Below, piece after piece: positions 47,310-55,957 of a DNA stretch of 64,000 nucleotides (the stretch's first letter is position 1; every line of letters starts with the position of its first letter). The notes beneath the pieces are model-generated. The model was not told the DNA's origin, made no database searches, and saw nothing but the letters and a program-made list of their open reading frames with translations. The stretch is from NCBI GenBank assembly GCA_013816485.1, contig JACDEI010000002.1:34322-98321 (forward strand), written 5' to 3'. Position numbers and translations under genes: made by a program. This DNA is from Planctomycetota bacterium. GTDB lineage: Bacteria > Planctomycetota > UBA11346.

Positions 47310-49087
47310 GGAGCGCGGCCTTCTTCACGGGTAAAGGTGAACCAACCGGCCAGGGCGACGAGCGCCGCCGCGATGATTGGCAGCAGGTGGGCGAGCATCG
47401 GACGTTTGCGCTCGACCAAGCCACGCCCATCGGTGGTGGCGTCACGGCTGGTGGTTTCCGCGTGGCGCAGATCGGCCTGACGTGCATCGCAGGGCAAGAT
47501 GTTGAGATGGCCCCACACCGCGGTCTCGTCATCGAGCAACAGGCGGTGCAGGCCGTGCCGCAGGAGTCCAGGCACCAGCACCGTGCCGTCACCATCAGCG
47601 TTCAGGCGCGACTCGCGACCGTCGGGATCGATCACGCGCAGGGAGTTCCGTCCCACCGGCAAGGTCACCAACTGCTCCTGGCCCGGCAGCAGATTGGGTT
47701 GCCGCACACCAGGGAGAGTCGCGCGTCTGGCCGCGACCAGGTTGGCGATCAGTGACGGCCACGCCGGATGATTGGTCAGACCGCTGGTCGCCAGATCGGC
47801 ATGCAGGGTGAGGATGCGATCGCGGCCCTGGCGTTCTTCGCTCACCAAGATGGTGCCACCGGCCTCCATCAGCGCCGAGGCATCCCACGCGGCCGTGGGT
47901 GCCGGCAGACCACCGGTCCACAACACGCCGGTAAAATCGATGCCGCCCAACACCGGATGACCACGGCGGGTGAGAAACGGTCCGAGCACCGGCTTGGCCT
48001 CACCGGCGACGAAACGCAGCGACCAGGTTCCCGCTCCCGGCGTTCCGGCATTGCCGAGGTGCAGATGCACTGCGGTCAACGGGTCCTCGACGATGCGCAC
48101 ACCAGGGACCACGCCCAGGGCGCGGCGCAGATGTTTGGTCAGCGGTGCCTGCGGATCATCCGCGAGGCGCGCGAGCACCACGGACGGCGGCGGCGGAATC
48201 AGCGGGATAAAATCGTCGGTGGGCAACGGATCCTCCCCGAGCAGCGCCACGCTCACGGTGTCGACGATGTCGCTCGGCAACGGAAAAACCACGGTGGTGG
48301 GCACGCCATCCACCAGACGCAGGTCCTGCGCCGACACCACGCGCTCGCCCAGGCGCAGTTCCAACCGTCGTGTCGCCGCCGCACCCTGGGCAAGGATGCG
48401 CGCCACCACACGGCGACCATCGGCGTCATCGTACCAACGGGCATCCGCCACGCCGACCGTCGCAAGCGCCTGTCCGGCGGTCAGGAGGGCGATGCCGGGG
48501 ATCGCCGTTTGCGGTGGACGATCGCTGACCAGCAGCACCGTCGCACCCTGGTCGGCGAGCGAACGTCCCAAGGTCAGTGCGCCCTCCAGGTCATGCCAGG
48601 GTTGCTGCGGTCGCCAGGCATCGAGTTTGGCCAGTGCTTCGGCTGGACGCGCTGCCGGACCGCTGGTGACCACCGGGGCGGCACCGCTGGTCACCAGGGT
48701 GACGCGGTCTTCGGGGTGCAGGGCGGCGATGCGCTGTGCCGTCAGCGCACGGAGCGCTGCATCGACGCTGCCGACGGCGGTGTTGGCCGCGACCCGCCAG
48801 CGGCTGTCGAGCACCACCACCACGTGCCGTGATTGCTGCCGTTCATCGAGGTGCGGATCGCTCAGGTACCAAGTCAGCGCCAACGCCGCGAGCAGTTCCA
48901 TCAGCAGGCTCGTGCGCCACAGCAGCTGTTGGCGTTTGCGCCCCGCCGCGACCGTGCGCACCGTCGGACCATAGAGGAACAGCCCGGTCACTGGTCGCGG
49001 ATGGAAGCGCCGTCGGAAGAGATGAATGGCGATGATGGCGGGAATCGCCAGGAGTCCGAGGAGGCCCCAGGGGTTGAACAGGATCAT
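47306..49087 (-). CDS. BatA/VWA-domain membrane protein (594 aa)
   Basis: BatA-type N-terminus MILFNPWGLLGLLAIPAIIAIHLFRRRF. VWA-like HVVVVLDSRWRV. C-terminal TM helix. Start taken at MILFNPW (49087), not the ORF-track 49252. Confidence 0.6.
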   Translation of the reverse strand: MILFNPWGLLGLLAIPAIIAIHLFRRRFHPRPVTGLFLYGPTVRTVAAGRKRQQLLWRTSLLMELLAALALTWYLSDPHLDERQQSRHVVVVLDSRWRVAANTAVGSVDAALRALTAQRIAALHPEDRVTLVTSGAAPVVTSGPAARPAEALAKLDAWRPQQPWHDLEGALTLGRSLADQGATVLLVSDRPPQTAIPGIALLTAGQALATVGVADARWYDDADGRRVVARILAQGAAATRRLELRLGERVVSAQDLRLVDGVPTTVVFPLPSDIVDTVSVALLGEDPLPTDDFIPLIPPPPSVVLARLADDPQAPLTKHLRRALGVVPGVRIVEDPLTAVHLHLGNAGTPGAGTWSLRFVAGEAKPVLGPFLTRRGHPVLGGIDFTGVLWTGGLPAPTAAWDASALMEAGGTILVSEERQGRDRILTLHADLATSGLTNHPAWPSLIANLVAARRATLPGVRQPNLLPGQEQLVTLPVGRNSLRVIDPDGRESRLNADGDGTVLVPGLLRHGLHRLLLDDETAVWGHLNILPCDARQADLRHAETTSRDATTDGRGLVERKRPMLAHLLPIIAAALVALAGWFTFTREEGRAP

Positions 49088-49250
49088 CGGCTCCACCAGC
49101 GGCGCATGTGGCAAAGGATGGCGCGCCGGCAGCGCTTCGGAAGGGTGGAGGTGGGGATGGGAGCAATCCCCACGCAGACGCTGGCAAGCCGCTGAATTGC
49201 AGCGGACTTCCTGACTTCCTGACTTCCTGACTTCCGCGACACTCCCCAGC

Positions 49251-49868
49251 ATGCTGCGTACGCGTCCCTACACCCTTGCTGATCTGCCTGGCCTGCTGCT
49301 GATCCAGCGTGAGTGTTTCCCGCCGCCGTTCCCGCCAGAGCTGTGGTGGCAGCCAGACCAGATCGCCACCCACGTGCGGCTGTTCCCGGCAGGAGCCTTG
49401 TGCGCCGAGGACGAGGGCGAACTCGTCGGCTCCGCCACGGCGCACGTCCTGCGCTGGGAGCCTGAGGAACCGGCGCACACCTGGGCGGAGGCGTCGGACA
49501 ACGGCTGGCTGCGCAACCACGATCCCGCCGGCAACACGCTCTATGGGGTCGATATCGCGGTGCGACCGGCGTGGCGTGGGCGTGGAGTGGCGCGGGCGCT
49601 CTACCAGGCGCGCTACGACCTCGTGCGCGCGCTGAAGCTCAAACGCTTCCTCGCCGGCAGCCGGTTGTCTGGGTACTGTTCACATCGTGACCGTATGACA
49701 CCCGAACAGTACGCCGACGCGGTGGTGCGCGGCGACCTCAGCGATCCGGTCATCACGCCGCAGTTACGCTCCGGTTTGCGCCCGGTGCGGGTCGTGCGGG
49801 GATACCTGCCGGACGAGGAATCCGGCGACAACGCGCTGCTGATGGAGTGGCGCAATCCGGAGCTGTGA
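49251..49868 (+). CDS. GNAT-family N-acetyltransferase
   Basis: About 205 aa with a GNAT acetyl-CoA-binding region (VDIAVRPAWRGRGVARALY). Confidence 0.65.
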   Translation: MLRTRPYTLADLPGLLLIQRECFPPPFPPELWWQPDQIATHVRLFPAGALCAEDEGELVGSATAHVLRWEPEEPAHTWAEASDNGWLRNHDPAGNTLYGVDIAVRPAWRGRGVARALYQARYDLVRALKLKRFLAGSRLSGYCSHRDRMTPEQYADAVVRGDLSDPVITPQLRSGLRPVRVVRGYLPDEESGDNALLMEWRNPEL

Positions 49869-50084
49869 TCTTCAGGGTATGCGCATGCCGGTGACAGCGC
49901 TATCCGCCGGTGTTCACACAAAATTCATGGCGAAGCCGATAGTCGGCTACCATCCATCAAGAGGTCTGGTGTCCGGTGCGCTCGTTAGGGGTTCCGCTGA
50001 ATGCCGTTACCAGCGCTGTGCCATTCCTCATGATGCCACTCTCGCCGGCTCGACCGGCTTTCTGTCTGGAGACGACGGGTAACC

Positions 50085-51164
50085 ATGACAAGTATGCTGG
50101 AGCCAAACCCCGCGTCTGCGCACATACCCCTGGTGGCAGAGGCGACTATCAGCGACAAGCAGGAGCGCAGTGGCGCGGAACTGGTAAAAGCGTCGCAACA
50201 ATTCCAGGCTGAGAACCGCTGGACGAGTTGGCGCCTGTTGCTCGAGACCCTGGTCGTTCTCGGCACCGGTCTGTGGTTGGTATTCCACTTCCAGTCGTGG
50301 CCACTCCAGGTGGTGGCCGGACTGCTGATCGGCCTGGTCCAGATTCGCTTGTTCATCTTCTATCACGACACCCTGCATGGCGCGCTGTTCAGTCGCGACC
50401 CGTTGGCGCAGGCATTGATGTCGCTGGTTGGCATCTACCTATTGACCATCCGTTCGGTGTGGAAAGAGACCCACGACCATCATCACCAGAACAACGCCCG
50501 CCAACTCGGCTCGATGATCGGCACCTTCCCCATCATCACGGTGGCGATGGCTGGACGGTTGTCGCCAGCAGCGCGTCGCCGTTACCGTATGGCCCGTCAT
50601 GGCCTGACCATGCTGGCCGGATACCTGACCGTGATGCTGGGTGGCATGATCGGCTCGGCCTTCATCCGTCAGCCGCGTCGTCACTGGGGAGCGTTGGTCA
50701 CCGTCCTCCTCCATGTCCTGGTGTTCATCACCGTGGCTTGGCATTGGGGGTGGGTGACGGCGTTGTGCGCGCAGGTTGTGCCCAGTGTCCTATCGATGGC
50801 GCTGGGGTCGTACATGTTCTACGCCCAGCATAATTTTCCTGCACTCAAACTTCCGCGGCGCGACGATTGGACCTACGCTGGTGCCGCCCTGGAGTCATCG
50901 AGCATGTTCGACATGAGCCCGATGATGCACTGGTTCACCGGCAGCATCGGGTACCACCACGTCCATCACCTCAATCACCGCATCCCGTTCTATCGTCTGC
51001 GCGAAGCGATGGAGGCGATGCCCGAACTGCAGAATCCCGGGCGAACGTCCTGGCGTCTGCGCGACATACGCGCCTGCCTCAATCTCTACCTGTGGGATCC
51101 GCGGCAGAACCGCATGCTGACCTACGCGGAAGTGCTGAAGCCCGCACCGGCCCAGGCCGCTTAG
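50085..51164 (+). CDS. Membrane fatty-acid desaturase family protein (three His boxes)
   Basis: His boxes HDTLHG, HDHHHQ and HHVHHLNH. Multiple TM helices. Confidence 0.8.
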   Translation: MTSMLEPNPASAHIPLVAEATISDKQERSGAELVKASQQFQAENRWTSWRLLLETLVVLGTGLWLVFHFQSWPLQVVAGLLIGLVQIRLFIFYHDTLHGALFSRDPLAQALMSLVGIYLLTIRSVWKETHDHHHQNNARQLGSMIGTFPIITVAMAGRLSPAARRRYRMARHGLTMLAGYLTVMLGGMIGSAFIRQPRRHWGALVTVLLHVLVFITVAWHWGWVTALCAQVVPSVLSMALGSYMFYAQHNFPALKLPRRDDWTYAGAALESSSMFDMSPMMHWFTGSIGYHHVHHLNHRIPFYRLREAMEAMPELQNPGRTSWRLRDIRACLNLYLWDPRQNRMLTYAEVLKPAPAQAA

Positions 51165-51946
51165 GTTTTCTGCGCGACGTGCAGGCACACGCCGCCGTTG
51201 AGCTTGGGTGACTCATAGCTGACGGTGAAGCCAGTGGCGGTCATATCCGCCGCCAACTGCTTGAGCGTGACGAAGTGCGCGATCGACCGGCTGATGTAGC
51301 CGTAAACCTCCGGCTCACCGTGCCACAGCCAGCCGTACACGTCGCCCATCGTTTTGAGGTAGGTGAGGTACAGCCACCGCCATGCACCGGGTTCGGGCAA
51401 TGCAAAGTCGAGGTTGGCCAAGGTGCCGCCAGGTTTCAGCACGCGGTGAATCTCACGCAGGGCGACGCGGTGATCAGGTACGTTGCGCAGACCGTAGCCG
51501 ATGGTGACCACGTCCTGCGACTCGTCCGGCAGGTCGAGCCGCATCATGTCACCGACATCGAAGCGCAGGTTGCCGATCCCCTGACCACGTTCCTTGGCGC
51601 AGGTGATCATGGTCGGCGCAGCGTCGATGCCGTGCACGCGACCATCCGGCACCAGACGTGCGAGCGCAGCCGCAAGATCGCCCGTGCCACAGGCGAGGTC
51701 GAGCACGTGTGCGTCGGTGCGCAAGGTCGGACGGATGTGCGCCAGCAACTCGTTCTTCCACGCCACGTCCATCCCGAACGAGAACGCACGCGTGAAGCGG
51801 TCGTACTTCGGCGCGATCATCTCGAACATGGTGGTGACGTACTGCTGCTTGATCGCCGGCGTGCGCAGGTGCGTCTCCACATCGAGACCGCGCAGCGTGG
51901 GGGCGGCAAGGGCGGGAGGGACGGAATGGGCGGAAGGCTCGCTCAT
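51161..51946 (-). CDS. Class I SAM-dependent methyltransferase, UbiE/MenG-like
   Basis: Matches the UbiE/COQ5 family (FEMIAPKYDRFTRAFSFGMD, VLDLACGTGDLA, LKPGG). Its start overlaps the stop of the upstream gene; last gene of the PKS operon. Confidence 0.75.
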   Translation of the reverse strand: MSEPSAHSVPPALAAPTLRGLDVETHLRTPAIKQQYVTTMFEMIAPKYDRFTRAFSFGMDVAWKNELLAHIRPTLRTDAHVLDLACGTGDLAAALARLVPDGRVHGIDAAPTMITCAKERGQGIGNLRFDVGDMMRLDLPDESQDVVTIGYGLRNVPDHRVALREIHRVLKPGGTLANLDFALPEPGAWRWLYLTYLKTMGDVYGWLWHGEPEVYGYISRSIAHFVTLKQLAADMTATGFTVSYESPKLNGGVCLHVAQKT

Positions 51947-52533
51947 GGCGTGGGCCTCTTGTCGGTCTTGGGGTTGATCGGCTTGGCGTCTGTGAGTGGC
52001 GGATCCGGCACGATGCCCAGGAACCCCAGCGCAGTGGTGAGGCTCGCCGCGGTCGGCAGCCCGCCGGTGCGGCCGATGACTACACCCTGTGCATCGGTGG
52101 CGACGATCACCGCCTGCTCGACCGTGCCACCGAGTTGTTTGCGCAGCGCTCCGGTCCAGTCCATCAAGAACACCACGTCGGTACCAGCAAGCGCCTTGGT
52201 CACGCGTTCCAATAGGCGTGGCCGGTCGCTCTCGCGCACTGCGCCGGCATCCATGATGCGCACCAACGGACGGTCCTTGGGCAAATGTGGCGTCAGCCGT
52301 TCATCCCACGCCTTGCCATCAACGCGCGATTCGATGGCGAAGAGTATCACCAACCGGTTGGCGGTCTCCGCTGTCAGGACGTGCGGCCGGCCGAGGTGGT
52401 CGTCGAGCGTCACGCCAGCGAACGGCGATTCCCCGGCAGCCAGCGACATCCACGTCAGCACCAGCAGCAGGACGGAGCCCCATCCGCCAATCGTGACGTG
52501 GTGGCGAGGTAGCGGTTTACCAACCGGTGTCAT
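51943..52533 (-). CDS. Hypothetical membrane-anchored protein (196 aa) in the PKS-MMPL operon
   Basis: Start MTPVGKPL... has a single N-terminal TM/signal helix (GWGSVLLLVLTWMSLAAG). The ATG at 52531-52533 overlaps the MMPL stop (ATGA). The ORF-track upstream extension is spurious. Confidence 0.4.
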   Translation of the reverse strand: MTPVGKPLPRHHVTIGGWGSVLLLVLTWMSLAAGESPFAGVTLDDHLGRPHVLTAETANRLVILFAIESRVDGKAWDERLTPHLPKDRPLVRIMDAGAVRESDRPRLLERVTKALAGTDVVFLMDWTGALRKQLGGTVEQAVIVATDAQGVVIGRTGGLPTAASLTTALGFLGIVPDPPLTDAKPINPKTDKRPTP

Positions 52534-54743
52534 GCGGACCTCCGACGAAACACTGCCACCAACGCCGGCGCTAACGTCAGGTTGACCACCAACCCGAGGA
52601 CGAACGCCAAGCCGAGCAGCGCACCGAAGTGCCGCGTATAACTGAATCCACCGAATAGGCACGCCAGGAACGCTCCCGCCAACGCCAGGCACGTGTTAAA
52701 TAGCACCGGCCCGACCAAACCGGCGGCGGCTTCCTCGTTGGTGGTGCGGCTGAACGCGGCGCTCATGTGGATGCTGTCGTCCATGATGATGCCGAGCGCG
52801 ATGCAGGCGATCATCGACACACCGATGTCGAGGTGCCAACCAAGCGGCGGCAGGATGGCGTAGGTGAACAACAGCGGCAGGCCAGCTACCGGGATGGCGA
52901 TCAGCGCGAGCCGCCATGAACGCAGGAAGATCAGCAGCAGCACGCCGATGGCGGGCAATGCCAGTCCCAGGCTCCAGGCGACGGACGGCACCAGCCGCTG
53001 TGAGGTCGCGTCAAGTAGCAGGCAGCCGCTGGCGGCGTAGACGGTCGCCGTGGGAAACGCCGCGCGGGCGCGGGCCATCGCTGCCTGGGCCGCCGCCGCG
53101 TTGGTGGCGACGCTACCGTCGTGTTGGCGGGCGATCAGCCGCACGGAGTGGTCCAGGCCACCATCCGCTCCGCTACCGACCAGCCGTTTCCAGACCGCCG
53201 CCGCGCCCAGTCGCAGATCGGCGAGGGGGTCATCGCTGAGCGGTTGCTTGGCTGTTGCCGCCCGCTGGTGCACCAGCGTCACCACGTCGTTCACCCCGAT
53301 GGCATAGGCGATGGTGGGATCCTGACGCAGCGCGCTGATCTGTGCATCCAAGCGCGGCAGATCGCTGATGGTCAGCGGACGTCCCAGGTCGAGCACCAGA
53401 TCAAGTGGCAGGCTGCCGGTCAGGTCGTTATCGATGCGTTCGTGCGCCAGTCGCACGGGATTGTCCGGTGGCAACGCATGCAAAAAATCTGCATCGGCGG
53501 TGATACGCGTCAGTGCCCCAACGCTGATGGCGGTCAGCAGCACATACACGCCGAGCACCACGACACGCTGGCGCGCACACCACGCGGCGATGTTTCCCAG
53601 GCGCTGGCCGAGCGGTTCACCGAATGGTCCGTGCAGCAAGCGGGTACCGGCGCGTTGTGGCAACCAACGTGCGAGCGCCCACACCCACAGGTAAGCCGAC
53701 AGCGCGGCGAACAGCACACCCGCGGCACCGAACGGCGCGAACCGCCGCACCGCCTCCACCGGACCCCACCACAGGCCGCCGACGCCGGCAATGGTGGTGA
53801 GCGTCGCCAACACCAACGGCATGGTCACCGAACGCATGGCGGTGTGCAGCGGGTGCGGCTCCTGCCGCTCCCACGCCCGTGTCAGCGCATAAAGTAGGTG
53901 GAGTGTCGTCGCCACCGCGATTCCCATCACCAGCGGCGGAAGCAGACCGAGGATGGCGTCGAGCGGTTGCCCACTCACCGCCACCAGAGCATAGGTCCAC
54001 ACTACCGCGCTCACCAGGCTGGCGAGGGGGACCAGCACCAGCAGCGGATGGCGCAGGACCATCAGCAGCAGCACCGCCAGCAGCGCGACGGTTAGCGGCA
54101 CGGTCAACCGCTGATCGTCGGCCACCACCTGGTTGATCGCCTGTTTCTGCGCCGGCAGCCCACCAAGGACAACCTCGCCGCCTGCGGGTGGCGGATGCGC
54201 GGCGAGCACTGCAGCGATGCGGGTTTCCATCAGTGCTGAGCCAGCTTCATCAAGGTGATGCGCCAGATCGACGACGATCGCCGCTGCACGCCCATCGCCG
54301 GCCACCAGCAGGTCGCGGTAGAGCGGATGGGTGAGCACGCGCGTGCGTTGCTCCACGTCCAGCGTTGCTGTCGGAATGAGTTTCGCCGGTGCCGGACCGA
54401 ACTCATCGACCGTGACGTCTTCAGCGTTGGTCAGCGCCAGAATACGCCCGGCATCTGGGAGTGTTGCGAGGTCGTCGACCACTGCCGCTTGCCAGGCGAG
54501 CACATCCGGTGCAAGCACGTCGGGCGAGAAAAAACCGATGACAAAACCCTCATCGCGCCCGAAACGCTGCTCCAGCACCTGCATCGCCGCCCACGCCGGA
54601 CCGGTGCGATCAACCCACGCTTCGTTGCCGGAGGAGATCTCCAACCGCGTCAGCAGCGGAAGCGCAGCACACGTCAAGATCAGCGCGATCAACAGGCGCA
54701 CGACGTGGCTCCGTTCATCGGCACCGTTCGACCACCAGTGCAT
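52530..54743 (-). CDS. MMPL/RND-superfamily lipid exporter (HpnN/MmpL-like)
   Basis: 737 aa with two 6-TM bundles separated by periplasmic domains. Typical RND/MMPL pattern. Its start overlaps the 3' end of the type III PKS gene by 29 nt. Confidence 0.8.
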   Translation of the reverse strand: MHWWSNGADERSHVVRLLIALILTCAALPLLTRLEISSGNEAWVDRTGPAWAAMQVLEQRFGRDEGFVIGFFSPDVLAPDVLAWQAAVVDDLATLPDAGRILALTNAEDVTVDEFGPAPAKLIPTATLDVEQRTRVLTHPLYRDLLVAGDGRAAAIVVDLAHHLDEAGSALMETRIAAVLAAHPPPAGGEVVLGGLPAQKQAINQVVADDQRLTVPLTVALLAVLLLMVLRHPLLVLVPLASLVSAVVWTYALVAVSGQPLDAILGLLPPLVMGIAVATTLHLLYALTRAWERQEPHPLHTAMRSVTMPLVLATLTTIAGVGGLWWGPVEAVRRFAPFGAAGVLFAALSAYLWVWALARWLPQRAGTRLLHGPFGEPLGQRLGNIAAWCARQRVVVLGVYVLLTAISVGALTRITADADFLHALPPDNPVRLAHERIDNDLTGSLPLDLVLDLGRPLTISDLPRLDAQISALRQDPTIAYAIGVNDVVTLVHQRAATAKQPLSDDPLADLRLGAAAVWKRLVGSGADGGLDHSVRLIARQHDGSVATNAAAAQAAMARARAAFPTATVYAASGCLLLDATSQRLVPSVAWSLGLALPAIGVLLLIFLRSWRLALIAIPVAGLPLLFTYAILPPLGWHLDIGVSMIACIALGIIMDDSIHMSAAFSRTTNEEAAAGLVGPVLFNTCLALAGAFLACLFGGFSYTRHFGALLGLAFVLGLVVNLTLAPALVAVFRRRSA

Positions 54744-55782
54744 CGGCGGTCAACCCAGGACCAAACGCCACCAGCGCGATGTCGCCACGCCAGTCACTGC
54801 GCAGTTCGCGTTCGAGGATGGTCATGATCGTCGCAGATGAACGGTTGCCGCCTTCGGCCAAGGCCGAGCGACTGTTGGCCAGAGCTCCATCGGCGAGTCC
54901 GAGTTTGCGCTCCACCGATTCGATGATGCGTGGTCCGCCTGGATGGACCGCCCAGCGCACCGAGTCCACCGCGCGGCCAGCGCCGAGCAGTTTCTCGGCG
55001 AATGGTTTGATGTCGTGGCCGATCGAGCCGTGGACCTTGGGCGAGATAGTCAGCGAGAATCCATCATGGCTCGCCTGCCACGTCATCTGGTCCTCGCTGT
55101 CCGGCAGCAGTGCGCTCCCGTCACTCGCGATGCGCAAGCCGAGGCCGACCGGCTTGGGCGCGGACTCGACCACCGCCACGCTCGCCCCATCGGCGAACAA
55201 CAGGGCAGCGACCAACTTGTCGTCTTCGGGTCCGGCCTTCAGGTGCAACGTGCTGAGTTCGCAACAGACCACGAGCACACGTGCGGTCGGTTCCGCCCGG
55301 CACGTATACCACGCCGTGCGCAGCGCCGGGATGGCGGCGTAACAGCCCATGAAGGTGATGCAGGTGCGGCGGATGTCGCTGCGCAAGCCCAACGCCTTGG
55401 CCAACTGGATATCGAGCCCAGGAGCGACCGCGCCGGTGCAGGTGGCGACCACGATGTGGGTGATGTCGCCTAAACCTTCCGGGCAGGCATTGGCCACCGC
55501 CGCGAGTGACAACGGCAGCGCCTTGGCATCAAACGCCCGGCTGCGCACGCCCATGTCCGCCGCCGGCGCATCACCGAGGGGATAGAACGCCGCGCCCTCC
55601 GCCCCATGGATGTCGAGCACCGAGTGGCGGAAACTGATCCCGGAACGTTCGGCGAAACGCAGGAAACGTTCGTGGTTCGACCCTGGGCGTAAGCGTGGCT
55701 CCATCCAGCGGACGGTTTCCTCCTGCGGCACCGGGCGTCCAGGGAAGGCATGGCCAAGATGGCTGATCCAGACTTCTCGCAT
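54715..55782 (-). CDS. Type III polyketide synthase (chalcone/stilbene-synthase family)
   Basis: Active-site Cys context FMGCYAA. GFGPG-type loop (VAFGPGLT). HPGGPRI and GNRSSAT motifs (His/Asn of the catalytic triad). 355 aa from MREVWISH. Confidence 0.85.
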   Translation of the reverse strand: MREVWISHLGHAFPGRPVPQEETVRWMEPRLRPGSNHERFLRFAERSGISFRHSVLDIHGAEGAAFYPLGDAPAADMGVRSRAFDAKALPLSLAAVANACPEGLGDITHIVVATCTGAVAPGLDIQLAKALGLRSDIRRTCITFMGCYAAIPALRTAWYTCRAEPTARVLVVCCELSTLHLKAGPEDDKLVAALLFADGASVAVVESAPKPVGLGLRIASDGSALLPDSEDQMTWQASHDGFSLTISPKVHGSIGHDIKPFAEKLLGAGRAVDSVRWAVHPGGPRIIESVERKLGLADGALANSRSALAEGGNRSSATIMTILERELRSDWRGDIALVAFGPGLTADALVVERCR

Positions 55783-55957
55783 GCGGGCTCCTGGGACGAA
55801 ACCTAGGCTGGAAGCCTCCTTCCATAAGGGGGCTTCCGTACCCGGAGGACCGCCGGCCCCGGGCCCATACGTACCCCGCATGCCGCGGCTGTACGCATGC
55901 GTATGTAGCAATGATGAGGGGGGCGATAGTTTCCCCACTCACACCTGCGAGACCGCC

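Noticed and set aside
51161-51946. Considered naming the methyltransferase ubiE
   Set aside because: Family membership is clear, but its position as the terminal gene of a PKS operon suggests a tailoring methyltransferase, not the quinone-pathway enzyme.
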